Of a stretch of 43,434 bases of DNA, positions 16,524 to 26,069 are shown piece by piece. The notes under the pieces are model-generated. The model had not been told where the DNA came from. It worked only from the letters and a program-made list of their open reading frames with translations, and searched no databases. The position numbers and the translations under genes are program-made. Location: NCBI GenBank assembly GCA_035499475.1, contig DATJYT010000032.1:1-43434 (forward strand), in the 5' to 3' direction. Each line of letters starts with the position of its first letter. The first letter of the stretch is position 1. Source of the stretch: Xanthobacteraceae bacterium (GTDB lineage: Bacteria; Pseudomonadota; Alphaproteobacteria; Rhizobiales; Xanthobacteraceae).

Positions 16524-18278
16524 ATGAAACAGCCCCTCGGCCCGCCGCGACAGGCACCTGCGAGTTCCGAACTCGCCGATGCCCTTGGCGCCTGTCGGCG
16601 CGCCTTCATCGCCATCGCCATGTTCAGCGGCATGAGCAACTTGTTGATGCTCACCGGCGCGATGTTCATGCTCGAAGTTTATGACCGGGTCTTGCCGAGC
16701 CGCAGCGTGCCGACTCTCGTGGCTTTGTTGATCCTGGTGATCGGCCTTTATGCCGCGCAGGGCGTCATCGACACGATCCGCAGCCGCATCCTGGTCCGTA
16801 TCGGCAACAGCCTCGACGAGGCCATGAGCATGCGGGTCTATGACGCCATCGTCCGTCTGCCGCTCAAAGCGGGCGGCAGGGGCGACGGTGTTCAGCCGAT
16901 CCGCGATCTCGACACGGTGCGGGGGTTTCTTTCCGGGCTCGGCCCGGTTGCGCTGATGGATCTGCCGTGGATGCCAGTCTATCTGTTCATCTGCTTTTTG
17001 TTCCATGTCTATATCGGCCTGACTGCCCTGGTTGGTGCCCTCATCTTGATCACGCTCACCATTTTTACCGAGATGGCGACGCGACGGCCGACCCGCAGCG
17101 CGACCCAGTTCGCCGTCGCGCGTAATGCGCTGCTTGAGGCGAGCCGCCGCAACGCCGAAGCAATTACGGCGATGGGCATGGTCGGCCGTATCGCGCGGCG
17201 CTGGGACGACCTCAATCGCAAATATGTGGAGTCGAGCCAGCGCGCGAGCGATGTGACCGGCGGCCTGGGCGCGATGTCCAAGGTTCTGCGCCTGCTGTTG
17301 CAGTCGACCCTTCTGGGCGTCGGCGCGTGGCTCGTGATCAATCAGCAATCGACCATGGGCATCATCATCGCGGGCTCGATCCTGGGCGGCCGGGCGCTGG
17401 CGCCGGTCGATCTTGCCATCGCGAATTGGCGCGGTTTCGTCGGCGCGCGGCAGAGTTGGAGCCGGCTGTCGCGATTGCTCGCGCATTTGCCGGTCCAGAC
17501 CCTGCCGATGCCGCTCCAGCCGCCGCAGCGCACCCTTGTGGTCCAGAACGGTGCCGTGGCAGCTCCCGGCGGGCAAAAGATCATCTGCCAGGACGTGAAT
17601 TTCACGCTTACCGGCGGCAAAGCGCTGGGTGTGATCGGTCCCACCGCCTCGGGCAAGTCATCGCTGGCGCGCATGCTGGTCGGCGTCTGGACGCCGGTGC
17701 GCGGCACGGTTCGTCTCGACGGCGCCAGCATCGACCAGTGGTCGCCGGAGGCGCTGGGCCGTTACGTCGGCTATCTGCCGCAGGATGTCGAGCTGTTTCC
17801 CGGCAATGTGGCGCAGAACATCGCGCGCTTCGAAGATCCGCCGGATTCGGAGGCGGTGCTCGCCGCCGCACGAGCGGCCGGTGTGCACGATCTCATCGTC
17901 AACCTGCCGGAAGGTTACGAGACGAATGTCGGCGACAACGGCGGCGCGCTCTCGGCCGGGCAGGCGCAACGCATCGGTCTCGCCCGCGCGCTTTATCGCG
18001 ATCCGTTCCTGGTCGTGCTTGACGAACCGAATTCCAACCTCGATGCCGAAGGCGATGAAGCCTTGACGCGGGCCATTCTGGGTATCCGCGCGCGGGGCGG
18101 CATCGTGGTGGTGGTTGCGCATCGCCCTAGCGCAATCGCTGGCGTCGATTACATTCTGGTGATGGCCAAGGGCCGCCAGCAGCAGTTCGGGCCGAAAGAG
18201 GAAGTCCTAAACCGCGTGATTCAGCCGCCACCGCCGCAGCGGGCGCTCAAGGTGGTGCCGGATCAAGGGGGAGCCTGA
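16524..18278 (+). CDS. Type I secretion system permease/ATPase (PrtD/PrsD type, no C39 or C39-like domain)
   Basis: 584 aa with an N-terminal 6-TM ABC exporter domain. Walker A is GPTASGKSS, the signature is LSAGQAQRIGLARAL, and Walker B is LVVLDEPNSNLD. Confidence 0.9.
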   Translation: MKQPLGPPRQAPASSELADALGACRRAFIAIAMFSGMSNLLMLTGAMFMLEVYDRVLPSRSVPTLVALLILVIGLYAAQGVIDTIRSRILVRIGNSLDEAMSMRVYDAIVRLPLKAGGRGDGVQPIRDLDTVRGFLSGLGPVALMDLPWMPVYLFICFLFHVYIGLTALVGALILITLTIFTEMATRRPTRSATQFAVARNALLEASRRNAEAITAMGMVGRIARRWDDLNRKYVESSQRASDVTGGLGAMSKVLRLLLQSTLLGVGAWLVINQQSTMGIIIAGSILGGRALAPVDLAIANWRGFVGARQSWSRLSRLLAHLPVQTLPMPLQPPQRTLVVQNGAVAAPGGQKIICQDVNFTLTGGKALGVIGPTASGKSSLARMLVGVWTPVRGTVRLDGASIDQWSPEALGRYVGYLPQDVELFPGNVAQNIARFEDPPDSEAVLAAARAAGVHDLIVNLPEGYETNVGDNGGALSAGQAQRIGLARALYRDPFLVVLDEPNSNLDAEGDEALTRAILGIRARGGIVVVVAHRPSAIAGVDYILVMAKGRQQQFGPKEEVLNRVIQPPPPQRALKVVPDQGGA

Positions 18279-19588
18279 TGGGTGACGCCGCGGCCTCGCA
18301 AGCGCTGCAATCGATCCGCAAGCACGTTATCGCGGGGAGCATCCTGGTCTCCGTCTTGGTGTTCGGCCTTGGCGGCTGGGCTTCGACCGCGGAGATTTCC
18401 GGGGCGCTGATCGCGCAGGGCTCCGTCGTCGTCGATTCCAACATCAAGAAAGTGCAGCACCCGACCGGCGGCGTGGTCGGCGAGGTGCGCGCCCATGATG
18501 GCGATCGGGTCAAGGCCGGCGATATTCTGATCCGGCTCGACGAAACCGTGACGCGCGCCAACCTGGCGATCGTGACCAAGGGCCTCACCGAGCTCTACGC
18601 GCGGCGGGCGCGGCTCGCGGCTGAGCGCGACGGCGCCGACTCCGTCGCCATGCCGAAGGAGCTTGCAGACCAAGCCGACGATCCCGACGTCAAGGACGCC
18701 ATGTCGAGCGAGCGCAAGCTGTTCGACCTGCGGCGCAAGGCACGGCTCGGCCAGAAGGATCAACTCCGGCAGCGGATTGCGCAGTTGCAGGAGCAGATCA
18801 CCGGTCTGTCGGCGCAGCTCGACGCTAAGGACAAGGAGACCAAGCTCATCACCCAGGAATTGCAGGGCGTCCGCGACTTGTGGGCAAAAAACCTGGTTCA
18901 GCTCAATCGCCTCACCTCGCTCGAACGCGACGCGGCGAAGATCGAGGGCGAGCGGGGCCAGCTCATTGCGTCTTCCGCGGAGGCGAAGGGTAAGATCGCC
19001 GAAACCCAGCTGCAAATCCTCCAGGTCGATCAGGATGCCACCAGCGACGTCGCCAAGGAATTACGCGACATAGACAGCAAGATCGGCGAATTCGTCGAAC
19101 GCAAGGTGACCGCCGAAGACCAGCTCAAACGTACCGATATTCGCGCCCCGCAGGACGGTGTCGTCTTTCAGTCCACGGCGAACACAGTGGGCGGCGTGAT
19201 TGCGGCCGGCGATCCGATCATGCTGATCGTTCCCGAGGCTGACAATCTCATGGTCGAGGTCAAGGTTGATCCCAAGGACATCGACCAGGTGCAGTTCGGC
19301 CAATCGGTGGTTTTGCGCTTCTCGGCGTTCGACATGCGCACGACGCCCGAGATCAACGGTACCGTTTCGCGCATCGCGGCTGATACCAGCACCGACCAGC
19401 GCACCGGCCAGACTTATTATCTGGTGCGTATCGCGATGAGCGCGGACGAAGTTTCGCGCCTCGGCAGGGTCAAGCTTACGCCGGGCATGCCGGTCGAGGC
19501 CTTCATCCAGACCGGCGAGCGCACCCTGGTCGCCTATCTGATCAAGCCGCTGCGTGATCAGCTCATGCGGTCGTTCCGGGAAAAATAA
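18278..19588 (+). CDS. HlyD-family type I secretion membrane-fusion protein
   Basis: Its start overlaps the ABC gene stop (TGATG). It has a single N-terminal TM segment, a long coiled-coil (QLRQRIAQLQEQITGLSAQLDAKDKE...) and a C-terminal barrel ending LIKPL. Confidence 0.9.
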   Translation: MGDAAASQALQSIRKHVIAGSILVSVLVFGLGGWASTAEISGALIAQGSVVVDSNIKKVQHPTGGVVGEVRAHDGDRVKAGDILIRLDETVTRANLAIVTKGLTELYARRARLAAERDGADSVAMPKELADQADDPDVKDAMSSERKLFDLRRKARLGQKDQLRQRIAQLQEQITGLSAQLDAKDKETKLITQELQGVRDLWAKNLVQLNRLTSLERDAAKIEGERGQLIASSAEAKGKIAETQLQILQVDQDATSDVAKELRDIDSKIGEFVERKVTAEDQLKRTDIRAPQDGVVFQSTANTVGGVIAAGDPIMLIVPEADNLMVEVKVDPKDIDQVQFGQSVVLRFSAFDMRTTPEINGTVSRIAADTSTDQRTGQTYYLVRIAMSADEVSRLGRVKLTPGMPVEAFIQTGERTLVAYLIKPLRDQLMRSFREK

Positions 19589-19620
19589 GCGGAACGGGGC
19601 GGGTGTCGCGGTCCGCTTTT
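19589..19620 (+). terminator. Possible intrinsic terminator after the T1SS pair
   Basis: GCGGAACG...CGGTCCGC forms an imperfect hairpin followed by TTTT. A TATAAT hexamer follows at 19624-19629. Confidence 0.3.
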
Positions 19621-19691
19621 GCTATAATCGCAAAACGCGATCAGGTGTCGCCTGAAACCACGCTTCCGCTGGTGCTGGGAATGTCCGGTTC

Positions 19692-21911
19692 ATGACGAGG
19701 ATAGCACGCTGGGCGCGACAGTTCGGTCTGGCGCGGGCGGTTTGCATCCTGCTGCTGTTCGCGCTGGTGCCGTTGCGCATCCTCGATCCAGGACCGCTCG
19801 AAGAGATAAGGCTGCGAACCTTCGATCTGTTCCAGGTGCTGCGTCCGCGCGAGCAGACGATCCGTCCGGTCGTCATCGTCGATATCGATGAGGCGAGCCT
19901 CAAGGAAATCGGACAATGGCCCTGGCCGCGGACCATCGTCGCCAATCTGATCACGCGTATCACGCAGGCGGGAGCGGTTGCGACGGGTTTCGACATCATC
20001 TTCGCCGAGCCCGATCGCATGTCACCCGCCGTCGCGGCCGAGAGTTTTCGCGGTCTCGACGAGGAGACTCGTGCGAAACTGAGCAGTTTGCCGAGCAATG
20101 ATGATGTGCTGGCCGCAGCGATCAAGCAGGGGCGCGTCGTCGTCGGTCAGGTCGGCGCATCGACGCCGCAGCCGCGTACGCAAACCGAAAAGAAGCTGGA
20201 GACCGGCTTCGCAATTCTCGGTGCCGATCCGACGCCCTATTTGGTGACGTTCCCGGGCCTCTTGCGCAACATTCTCCCGCTCGAGCAGGCGGCGGCCGGG
20301 CGCGGACTGTTTTCAATCGTTCCCGAGAGCGACGGCATTATCCGGCGCGTGCCGATGATCATGGAAGCCCAGGACTCGCTGGTGCCGGCGCTGACGATGG
20401 AAATGCTGCGTGTCGTCACCCATGCCGGCGCGATTCAGGTCCGCACGGCGGAGGCTGGCGTGAAATCGGTGCAGGTGCCGGGCCTGGTCGTGCCGACCGA
20501 TGATCGCGGGCAGATCTGGGTCCACTTCAACAAACACGATCCGGCGCGCTACGTCTCCGCGAAGGACGTGTTGCAAGGCAATCTGCCGCCCGATCGCCTT
20601 CGCGGCAAGCTCGTGCTTATTGGTACTTCGGCCACCGGCCTCCTCGACATCAAGACGACACCCGTCGAAGCGGCCATGCCCGGCGTCGAAGTGCACGCGC
20701 AAATCCTCGAAAGTGTGCTGACCAAGTCGCCGCTCACTTATCCTGAATATGCCATCGGCGCTGAGATTGTCATTGCGGTACTTTTCGGGCTCGCCATCAT
20801 TGTCGCGGCGCCGATGTTGTCGGCGTCGACTGTCATTGCGCTCGGTGTCGTCCTGATCGCCTGTTTGATCGGGATGTCATGGTATTTCTTCGTCGAGAAC
20901 AGCCTGCTGATCGACTTCACCTATCCGCTGATGTCGAGCTGGCTCATCTATCTGGTGCTGACATTCGTGAATTACTTTCGCGAGCAGAAACAACGCCAGC
21001 AGATTCGCTCCGCATTCGGCTATTACCTTTCGCCGCATATGGTCGAGCAGCTCGCCAAATCGCCGGAGAAGCTGGTGCTTGGCGGCGAAGAGCGCCGCAT
21101 GACCATCCTGTTCAGCGATGTGCGCGGCTTCACCACGATCTCCGAGCACTACAAGGACGATCCTCAGGGTCTGACTCGCCTGATGAACCGCTTTCTCACG
21201 CCGCTCACCAACGCGATCATCGAGCGCAAGGGCACCATCGACAAATATATCGGCGACGCCATCATGGCGTTCTGGAACGCGCCGGTCGACGACGGCGATC
21301 AGGAGGCCAATGCCTGCGACGCCGCGCTTGAAATGCAGGCCCGGGCGCAAGCGCTTAACGTCGAGCTCAAGCGCGAAGCGGAAACGAATGGCGGCGTCTA
21401 TATGCCGCTGCGGATCGGCATCGGTCTCAACACCGGACCGTGCGTGGTCGGCAACATGGGCTCCGACTTCCGATTCAATTATTCGGTGCTGGGCGATACA
21501 GTCAACGTCGCCTCGCGTCTTGAGGCGCGCACGAAGGACTATCGGCTGCCGCTCGTCATTGGCTCGCGAACGGCGGAAAAGGCCAAGGAAAAGTTCGCCA
21601 CGATGGAGATCGATCTCATCCAGGTGAAGGGTAAGAAAGAGCCCGAAGCCGTATTCGCCGTGCTGGGGCGTGCCGGCGCCGAGCAAGAGCCGGGGTGGAC
21701 CGAATTGCGCGAGCTTAACGCGCGCATGCTGGAGAATTATCGCAAGCAGAATTGGGACGAGGCGCTGTCGCTCATCGCGCGAGCCCGCAAGGTCCGCGAC
21801 GGCTTCGACGTTTCGGGGCTGTACGACATGTACGTCGAACGCATCGAAGCCTACCGCGCCAATCCGCCGCCGCCCGATTGGGACGGCGTTTACGAAGCCG
21901 AATCGAAGTAG
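19692..21911 (+). CDS. CHASE2 sensor domain-containing class III adenylate/guanylate cyclase
   Basis: The N-terminal periplasmic CHASE2-type region (IVDIDEASLKEIGQWPWPR...GTSATGLLDIKTTP) is followed by TM helices. The cyclase core reads MTILFSDVRGFTT, DKYIGDAIMAFWN and GDTVNVASRLE. A C-terminal helical extension follows. Confidence 0.88.
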   Translation: MTRIARWARQFGLARAVCILLLFALVPLRILDPGPLEEIRLRTFDLFQVLRPREQTIRPVVIVDIDEASLKEIGQWPWPRTIVANLITRITQAGAVATGFDIIFAEPDRMSPAVAAESFRGLDEETRAKLSSLPSNDDVLAAAIKQGRVVVGQVGASTPQPRTQTEKKLETGFAILGADPTPYLVTFPGLLRNILPLEQAAAGRGLFSIVPESDGIIRRVPMIMEAQDSLVPALTMEMLRVVTHAGAIQVRTAEAGVKSVQVPGLVVPTDDRGQIWVHFNKHDPARYVSAKDVLQGNLPPDRLRGKLVLIGTSATGLLDIKTTPVEAAMPGVEVHAQILESVLTKSPLTYPEYAIGAEIVIAVLFGLAIIVAAPMLSASTVIALGVVLIACLIGMSWYFFVENSLLIDFTYPLMSSWLIYLVLTFVNYFREQKQRQQIRSAFGYYLSPHMVEQLAKSPEKLVLGGEERRMTILFSDVRGFTTISEHYKDDPQGLTRLMNRFLTPLTNAIIERKGTIDKYIGDAIMAFWNAPVDDGDQEANACDAALEMQARAQALNVELKREAETNGGVYMPLRIGIGLNTGPCVVGNMGSDFRFNYSVLGDTVNVASRLEARTKDYRLPLVIGSRTAEKAKEKFATMEIDLIQVKGKKEPEAVFAVLGRAGAEQEPGWTELRELNARMLENYRKQNWDEALSLIARARKVRDGFDVSGLYDMYVERIEAYRANPPPPDWDGVYEAESK

Positions 21912-21923
21912 AACACGCGAACT

Positions 21924-22874
21924 TCAGTCGAGAGAGCTCGGCGCGGATGCAATTCCTTGGCGCGGCGCCGCGGCGCGTTGCACGTCGGGCGCGGGCATGC
22001 GCAACGCCGCCCGCACGCCGGTCTCGTCGAGCACGAACAGCGGCTGCAACCGTCGCATGTCGGTGTCATCGACCATTGTCAGCCAGCGATTGTCGAGCAC
22101 GATCCATTCGCCATCGAGGCGAACGGCTGTGACCGCATGATCTTCGCCGACCGCGGCGTCACGCACGATGACGAGCCGCACGTCTTCGGCGGGAATTCCG
22201 GTCTCGATCAGCGCGACATATTTGGCGATGGCATAGTCCTCGCAGTCGCCGAGGCCGGTGGTGAATGTGTCGAGCGGCGCGCTCCAGCGATCGACGACGC
22301 CCCATTGAGCGAGATCGCTCATGGGTCGAATCGCGAGATTGACGGCGCGGTTGATAGTGCCGATGCGGACGCGGCCGGTTTGGGCGCGGCCTTCCGCGAC
22401 AATGGCAAGGAATTTTCGCGCCGCCGACGGACATCGGTCGTTGCTCGCGCGGCAGCGCGCGAAGATATCGCTCTCGGCGCGGATGTCGGCCTCTACCCCG
22501 GTCCATTTCGCATAGATTCCGCCGCTATAGATCGGCAACGTGGCAAGGCCGAAGGGTTGCGGCGCCGGGTGGGCCGCAACAGCAGGTGCCGCAACTGCGG
22601 GTGAAAGATTGGTGGGTTCAGCCGGATCGAGCGCGGCGATCTTCACGTGTGCTTGGCCGCCTTCGCGCCGCGGCTCTGCGGGTTGATCCGGCGGCGCTGT
22701 TTGTTGCGGCGTCTGAGTTTCAAGCTGGTTTTCCGTCGCTGTCTGCGGCGCCGGCGCTGCCGCGGAAACTGTCGCAGCATCGAGATCGGCGGCTATGTTT
22801 GCTTCGCCGTTTGAATCGGTCGGCATGGCAATAAGGAATGCGGCAATGCCGCATGCCGCGACGCGCCCGAACAT
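21924..22874 (-). CDS. Transglutaminase-like cysteine peptidase (BTLCP / LapG family) with long N-terminal low-complexity region
   Basis: The core has the Cys-His-Asp context LGDCEDYAIAKY, GEDHAVTAV and IVLDNR. A signal-like N-terminus is followed by about 110 aa of Ala/Pro/Gln-rich sequence. Confidence 0.85.
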   Translation of the reverse strand: MFGRVAACGIAAFLIAMPTDSNGEANIAADLDAATVSAAAPAPQTATENQLETQTPQQTAPPDQPAEPRREGGQAHVKIAALDPAEPTNLSPAVAAPAVAAHPAPQPFGLATLPIYSGGIYAKWTGVEADIRAESDIFARCRASNDRCPSAARKFLAIVAEGRAQTGRVRIGTINRAVNLAIRPMSDLAQWGVVDRWSAPLDTFTTGLGDCEDYAIAKYVALIETGIPAEDVRLVIVRDAAVGEDHAVTAVRLDGEWIVLDNRWLTMVDDTDMRRLQPLFVLDETGVRAALRMPAPDVQRAAAPRQGIASAPSSLD

Positions 22875-23136
22875 TTTGACGTCCCTGCAAGGCCGGGTGC
22901 GGCGCTTGCGCGCTCGGTCCCGGCTTTTTCTTCAGGGAGGCCAATAGCCCCGTCGCTGCTGCCGTCCGGTTAAGGCCGTGGATGCTGGATTGTTTGAACA
23001 AAGATAGCGTGCAGGAAGCGTTGCATCGGTCCGGACAATTTTATCGAATGCGTCGTCGGACCATGTACAGCGCCTGAATTCCGCGATTAAATGACATTGC
23101 TAAGACGTTAACAAAACGATCAACGGGAGGATTGCC

Positions 23137-24171
23137 ATGCGCCGGACCGGACCAGTGACTTTCTGCGGCCTTGTGGCGCTAGGGCTCGCGCTGGGGATCG
23201 GCAATGCTCTCGCGCAGGATAAGACTTTCGAGCTGAAACTTTCGCATTGGGTGCCGCCGTCGCATCCGCTCCAGAAGGCGCTGGAGGATTGGGGCGCCTC
23301 GATCGAAAAGGATTCCGGCGGCACCATCAAATACAAGGTTTATCCCGCGCAGCAGCTCGGTAAGGCTTTCGATCATTACGACATGGCGCGCGACGGCATC
23401 GCCGACGTGACTTATGTGAGTCCCGGCTATCAGCCCGGCCGTTTCCCGATCTTCGATGCCTCGAACTTGCCGTTCATGATGTCGAACGCCAAAGGCGGCA
23501 CGGAGGCGCTCGACGATTGGTACCGCAAATACGCCGCGACCGAGATGAAGGACGTGAAATACTGCTTCGCTTTCACCCACGATCCCGGCAGCTTCCATTC
23601 CCGCACCAAGAAAATCATGGTGCCGGCCGACATCGCCGGCATGAAAGTGCGGCCCGCCCACGCTACGACGGCCTCGCTTGTCACTTCGCTCGGCGGCACC
23701 AATGTGCAGGCAGCCGCGCCGGAAGTGCGCGACATCCTGGAAAAAGGCGTGGCGGACGCGGTGACGTTTCCGTGGGGATCGATCCTGCTGTTCGGGATCG
23801 ACAAAGTCACGAAGTACCACATGGATGTTCCGCTCTATACCACGGGCTTTGTCTGGGTCATGAACAAGGGCACCTATGCGGCGATGTCGCCCTCACAGCA
23901 AAAGGTGATCGACAATCACTGCAACAGGGAATGGGCGGAACGGGTCGCGGCTCCGTGGGCCGACTTCGAGCACGAAGGCATCGCGAAGCTTAAGGCTGAG
24001 CCCGGCCATGAAGTCTATGCGATCTCAGACGCGCAGCTTGATCTGTGGAAGGCGGCGGCGGTGCCGGTGGTGAAGACCTGGTCCGACGCGGTCAAGAAAG
24101 CTGGCGGCGATCCGGATACGGCGCTGAAGGATCTTAAAGACACGCTCGCCAAATACAATTCCAGCTACTGA
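23137..24171 (+). CDS. TRAP transporter substrate-binding protein (DctP family), paralogue 1
   Basis: Signal peptide ending ALAQDK, then FELKLSHWVPPSHPLQKALEDW...YPAQQLGKAFDHYDMARDGIAD. A GGGAGG RBS is present. Confidence 0.9.
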   Translation: MRRTGPVTFCGLVALGLALGIGNALAQDKTFELKLSHWVPPSHPLQKALEDWGASIEKDSGGTIKYKVYPAQQLGKAFDHYDMARDGIADVTYVSPGYQPGRFPIFDASNLPFMMSNAKGGTEALDDWYRKYAATEMKDVKYCFAFTHDPGSFHSRTKKIMVPADIAGMKVRPAHATTASLVTSLGGTNVQAAAPEVRDILEKGVADAVTFPWGSILLFGIDKVTKYHMDVPLYTTGFVWVMNKGTYAAMSPSQQKVIDNHCNREWAERVAAPWADFEHEGIAKLKAEPGHEVYAISDAQLDLWKAAAVPVVKTWSDAVKKAGGDPDTALKDLKDTLAKYNSSY

Positions 24172-24355
24172 GAGAAATTGAATCGGACGGCGCGCCGCCG
24201 GTGCAATGAGCGGAGCGAGGAAGTAATTCGGCGTCGATGGCGGACAAATCTCGCTGCGCGAACGAGTGCGGTGTCGAATGCGATGTACAGAAGAAGCGTT
24301 CTGCGGTTAAATAGCAAAATTCGGCATAAGACTAAAGTTTGAGGGGAGAAACTTG

Positions 24356-25390
24356 ATGCATCGTTCGCGCCACCGGTCCATTTGCAGCTTTGCCGCGCTG
24401 GGTCTCGCGTTCAGCCTGGGCACCGCATCCGCGCAGGACAAGACTTTCGAGCTGAAGCTGTCGCACTGGGTGCCCCCGTCGCATCCGTTGCAGAAGGCGA
24501 TCGAGGACTGGGGCAACGACGTCGAGAAGGCCTCGAATGGCACCATCAAGTACAAAATCTATCCGTCGCAGCAACTCGGCAAAGCGTTCGACCACTACGA
24601 TATGGCGCGCGACGGCATCGCTGATTTTGTCTACGTCAACCCGGGCTATCAGCCGGGCCGTTTCCCGATCATCGCCGCTGGCGAACTGCCGTTCGTCGTC
24701 GGCCAGGCCAAAGGGGGAAATCGCGCCATCGACGCCTGGTACCGCAAATACGCGGCAAACGAGATGAAGGACGTGCACTATTGCTTCTCTTTCGTGCTCG
24801 ATCCGGTGGCTTGGCACTCGACCAAAAAGAAGATCGTAGTACCGGCGGATATCAAGGGTATGAAGGTCCGGCCGGCCCAGGGCACCATCGCTGCGTGGGT
24901 GACGCAACTCGGCGGCACCAACGTTGAATCCAGCGCGCCGGAAGTCCGTGACGTCCTTGCCAAAGGCGTTGCCGACGCGGTCACGTTCCCGTGGGGTTCG
25001 ATGCTGCTATTCGGCATCGACAAGGTCACCAAGTACGACATGGACGAGCCGTTGGGCTCGGTGATGTTTCAGTGGTTGATGAATCCCGCCACCTACAACG
25101 CGATGTCGGCATCGCAGAAGAAGGTGATCGACGATCACTGCACGACGGAATGGGCCGGCAGGTTCGCCGATCCGTGGGTTGATTTCGAGCACGGCGGCCT
25201 GGAGAAGATCAAGGCCGAGCCGGATCACGAGGTCTATAAAATATCAGACGAGCAGCTCGGCGAATGGAAGAAGTCGGCCGAGCCGCTCAAGCAGAAGTGG
25301 GCGGCGGACGTGAAGAAGGCGGGCGGCGATCCCGACGCGATCTGGAAAGACCTGCAAGCTTCACTGGCCCAATACAGCGCAGGATTCTGA
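24356..25390 (+). CDS. TRAP transporter substrate-binding protein (DctP family), paralogue 2
   Basis: Collinear with paralogue 1 and roughly two-thirds identical by eye. A GAGGGGAG RBS lies 7 nt before the ATG at 24356. Confidence 0.9.
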   Translation: MHRSRHRSICSFAALGLAFSLGTASAQDKTFELKLSHWVPPSHPLQKAIEDWGNDVEKASNGTIKYKIYPSQQLGKAFDHYDMARDGIADFVYVNPGYQPGRFPIIAAGELPFVVGQAKGGNRAIDAWYRKYAANEMKDVHYCFSFVLDPVAWHSTKKKIVVPADIKGMKVRPAQGTIAAWVTQLGGTNVESSAPEVRDVLAKGVADAVTFPWGSMLLFGIDKVTKYDMDEPLGSVMFQWLMNPATYNAMSASQKKVIDDHCTTEWAGRFADPWVDFEHGGLEKIKAEPDHEVYKISDEQLGEWKKSAEPLKQKWAADVKKAGGDPDAIWKDLQASLAQYSAGF

Positions 25391-25505
25391 CCCGCTCATT
25401 ATCGGCACTCCGAGCGTTGCCGCGAAGGCGAATTCCCGCGTTTGCGGGCATCAGCGGAGTGAGAAATTCTCATGCGTTCAATTCTCATCCTTTTGGGATC
25501 GGTTG

Positions 25506-26048
25506 ATGGTTGAGCCGGAGGCGACGCCGCAGGCGCGCAAGCCCAATGCGATGGATCGCTTTATCGATGTCATCGAGCTCATCGCCGCATTTTTCGTCGG
25601 CATCGTCGCGCTCGATATCTTCGTTTCGGTAATGCTGCGTTACTTCTTCAGCATGCAGATACCCGACAGTTATGATTTCGGCCGTCTGCTGCTCGGCATT
25701 CTGATCTTTTGGGGTATTGCGGCGACCTCCTACCGCGGCAATCACATCACCGTCGATCTGCTCTACGCCAATGTCGGCGACCGGATGAAGCGCGTCATGG
25801 ACGTGTTTGCCACACTGGTGCTGCTGTTCGTGGTGACCGTGCAGACCTATACGCTCTTCGACAAGGTGCGCGGCACCTACGCCGATCACGTGCTCACCTT
25901 CGATCTGCGGCTGCCGGTCTGGCCGTTCTATCTGGTGGCCTGGATCGGGGATGTCTCGGCGGTGCTGCTGATCGCCGTGCGCACCTACCGGCTGATTTTC
26001 CATCCCGAGCTGCTCGGCGGCCAATATCAGATCAAGCTGGTCGAATGA
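25506..26048 (+). CDS. TRAP transporter small permease (DctQ family)
   Basis: About 180 aa with four hydrophobic helices, positioned between dctP and dctM. The start is uncertain (25503, 25506 or 25551). Confidence 0.8.
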   Translation: MVEPEATPQARKPNAMDRFIDVIELIAAFFVGIVALDIFVSVMLRYFFSMQIPDSYDFGRLLLGILIFWGIAATSYRGNHITVDLLYANVGDRMKRVMDVFATLVLLFVVTVQTYTLFDKVRGTYADHVLTFDLRLPVWPFYLVAWIGDVSAVLLIAVRTYRLIFHPELLGGQYQIKLVE

Positions 26049-26069
26049 GGCGCACCCGATGAGGCGCAG

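Noticed and set aside
16503-17576. 357-aa minus-strand ORF.
   Set aside because: It is antisense to the T1SS ABC exporter, which has clear Walker and signature motifs. It is Arg/Asp/His-rich and not protein-like.
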